In this document: positions 63,211 to 64,000 of the stretch, piece by piece
Position numbering within the stretch: the stretch's first letter is position 1
Layout of the letters: each line of letters opens with the position of its first letter
Origin: Candidatus Enterousia sp.
Lineage (GTDB): Bacteria > Pseudomonadota > Alphaproteobacteria > Rs-D84
Direction: 5' to 3'
DNA: 64,000 bases
NCBI GenBank assembly: GCA_045648945.1
Contig: JAZROX010000052.1
Coordinates: 8,417 to 72,416 of the forward strand
Translations under genes and position numbers: made by a program
Notes under the pieces: generated by a model
Told to the model about the DNA's origin: nothing
Seen by the model: only the letters and a program-made list of their open reading frames with translations
Database searches by the model: none

Positions 63211-64000
63211 ATGACCAGATTTACCAAGATTACCGCCTCGATTGGCCCAAGTTCGGAAAGCGAAAGGGTGTTACGTCAAATGATTTTGGGTGGGGTGAAT
63301 GTGTTTCGTATAAATTTTAGTCACGATACCGGTGATATTCAGGGTAAAAAAATCGATTCTATACGGCGGATTTCGGCCAATTTGAATGTGCCGGTTGGAA
63401 TAATGGTTGATTTACAGGGACCAAAACATCGTATAGGTAATTTCGCAACCGAAGAAAAATATACAATTTCACCGGGGCAAAAATTTACATTCGATTCAGA
63501 CCCAAGCCTTGGAAATTCTTGGCGGGTGAATATGCCGGATGCCGATGTGTTGGCGTCTTTGAATGTTGGTGACAGGATATTGTTGAATGATGGAAAAATA
63601 GAAATGCAGGTTACGGCGTGTGTGCCCGGGCGGGTGGAAACCCAGGTTGTTCGCGGAACGGAAATTTGGTCGCGCCGCGGGTTTAATGTGCCAGATACAG
63701 AGGTTAAAACATCTGTTTTGACCGAAAAGGATAGGGCGGATTTAGAATATGCGTTGACCAAGAATCCGGATTGGGTGGCCGTGTCTTTTGTTCAGCGTCC
63801 CGAAGACATTGCCGAAGTGCGTGATTTTATTACGGCCCGAACGTCGGCCCCAATTAAAATTATGGCGAAAATAGAAAGACGCAATGCCGTCGACAGAATC
63901 ACAGAAATTGCATCAATCGCCGATGGGGTTATGATTGCGCGTGGCGATTTGGCGGTCGAATTACCCTTTGAGCAGGTGCCGGCAATTTCGCGGCAAATTA
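63211..64000 (+). CDS. pyk: Pyruvate kinase (5' part; continues beyond the window)
   Basis: KITASIGPSS, VFRINFSH and MVDLQGPKHRIG. No stop codon before nt 64000. Confidence 0.9.
   Translation, partial: MTRFTKITASIGPSSESERVLRQMILGGVNVFRINFSHDTGDIQGKKIDSIRRISANLNVPVGIMVDLQGPKHRIGNFATEEKYTISPGQKFTFDSDPSLGNSWRVNMPDADVLASLNVGDRILLNDGKIEMQVTACVPGRVETQVVRGTEIWSRRGFNVPDTEVKTSVLTEKDRADLEYALTKNPDWVAVSFVQRPEDIAEVRDFITARTSAPIKIMAKIERRNAVDRITEIASIADGVMIARGDLAVELPFEQVPAISRQI

Overview
This 64-kb window looks like chromosomal DNA from a moderately AT-rich Gram-negative bacterium. It is probably an alphaproteobacterium, judging by a GapR/DUF2312 gene, LolCDE, and the rmuC-def-fmt-truA neighbourhood; this is inference only, since no database search was possible.

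Core genes recognised by motif:
- Replication, repair and translation: gyrB, ung, aspS, uvrB, tsaE, def, fmt, truA.
- Envelope and division: ftsQ, ftsA (fused to an rpe domain), lolC/E-lolD, an AsmA-like protein, a ComEC-like protein.
- Others: a MarR-TolC-adaptor-RND efflux operon, rmuC, and the 5' end of pyk.

Accessory content:
- The tail of an R64-type type IVb pilus operon (PilO-like, PilP-like, ATPase, platform), followed by a Fic gene.
- A decayed islet at tRNA-Met(CAT) with a RhuM-family gene, an orphan tail-fibre-like gene pair, and a roughly 12-kb AT-rich surface-glycan locus of 12 co-directional genes that includes gmd.
- A repeat-rich islet at tRNA-Gln(TTG), containing a two-gene cassette bounded by inverted repeats.

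Most notable non-standard signals:
1. A module present twice, consisting of a promoter, a roughly 185-nt multi-hairpin leader with terminator/antiterminator logic, and a 47-codon ORF. The two copies differ by compensatory stem changes in the leader and almost only synonymous changes in the ORF.
2. A family of TAGTGGT-type heptamer arrays placed exactly on stop codons. They form long palindromes between convergent genes.
3. An in-frame fusion of FtsA to ribulose-phosphate 3-epimerase.
4. A gyrB-linked run of JAB, HhH-GPD and UDG genes, plus a divergent RusA-like gene.

All functional calls rest on motif recognition by eye and on gene context. No transposase, integrase, CRISPR array or rRNA was seen.
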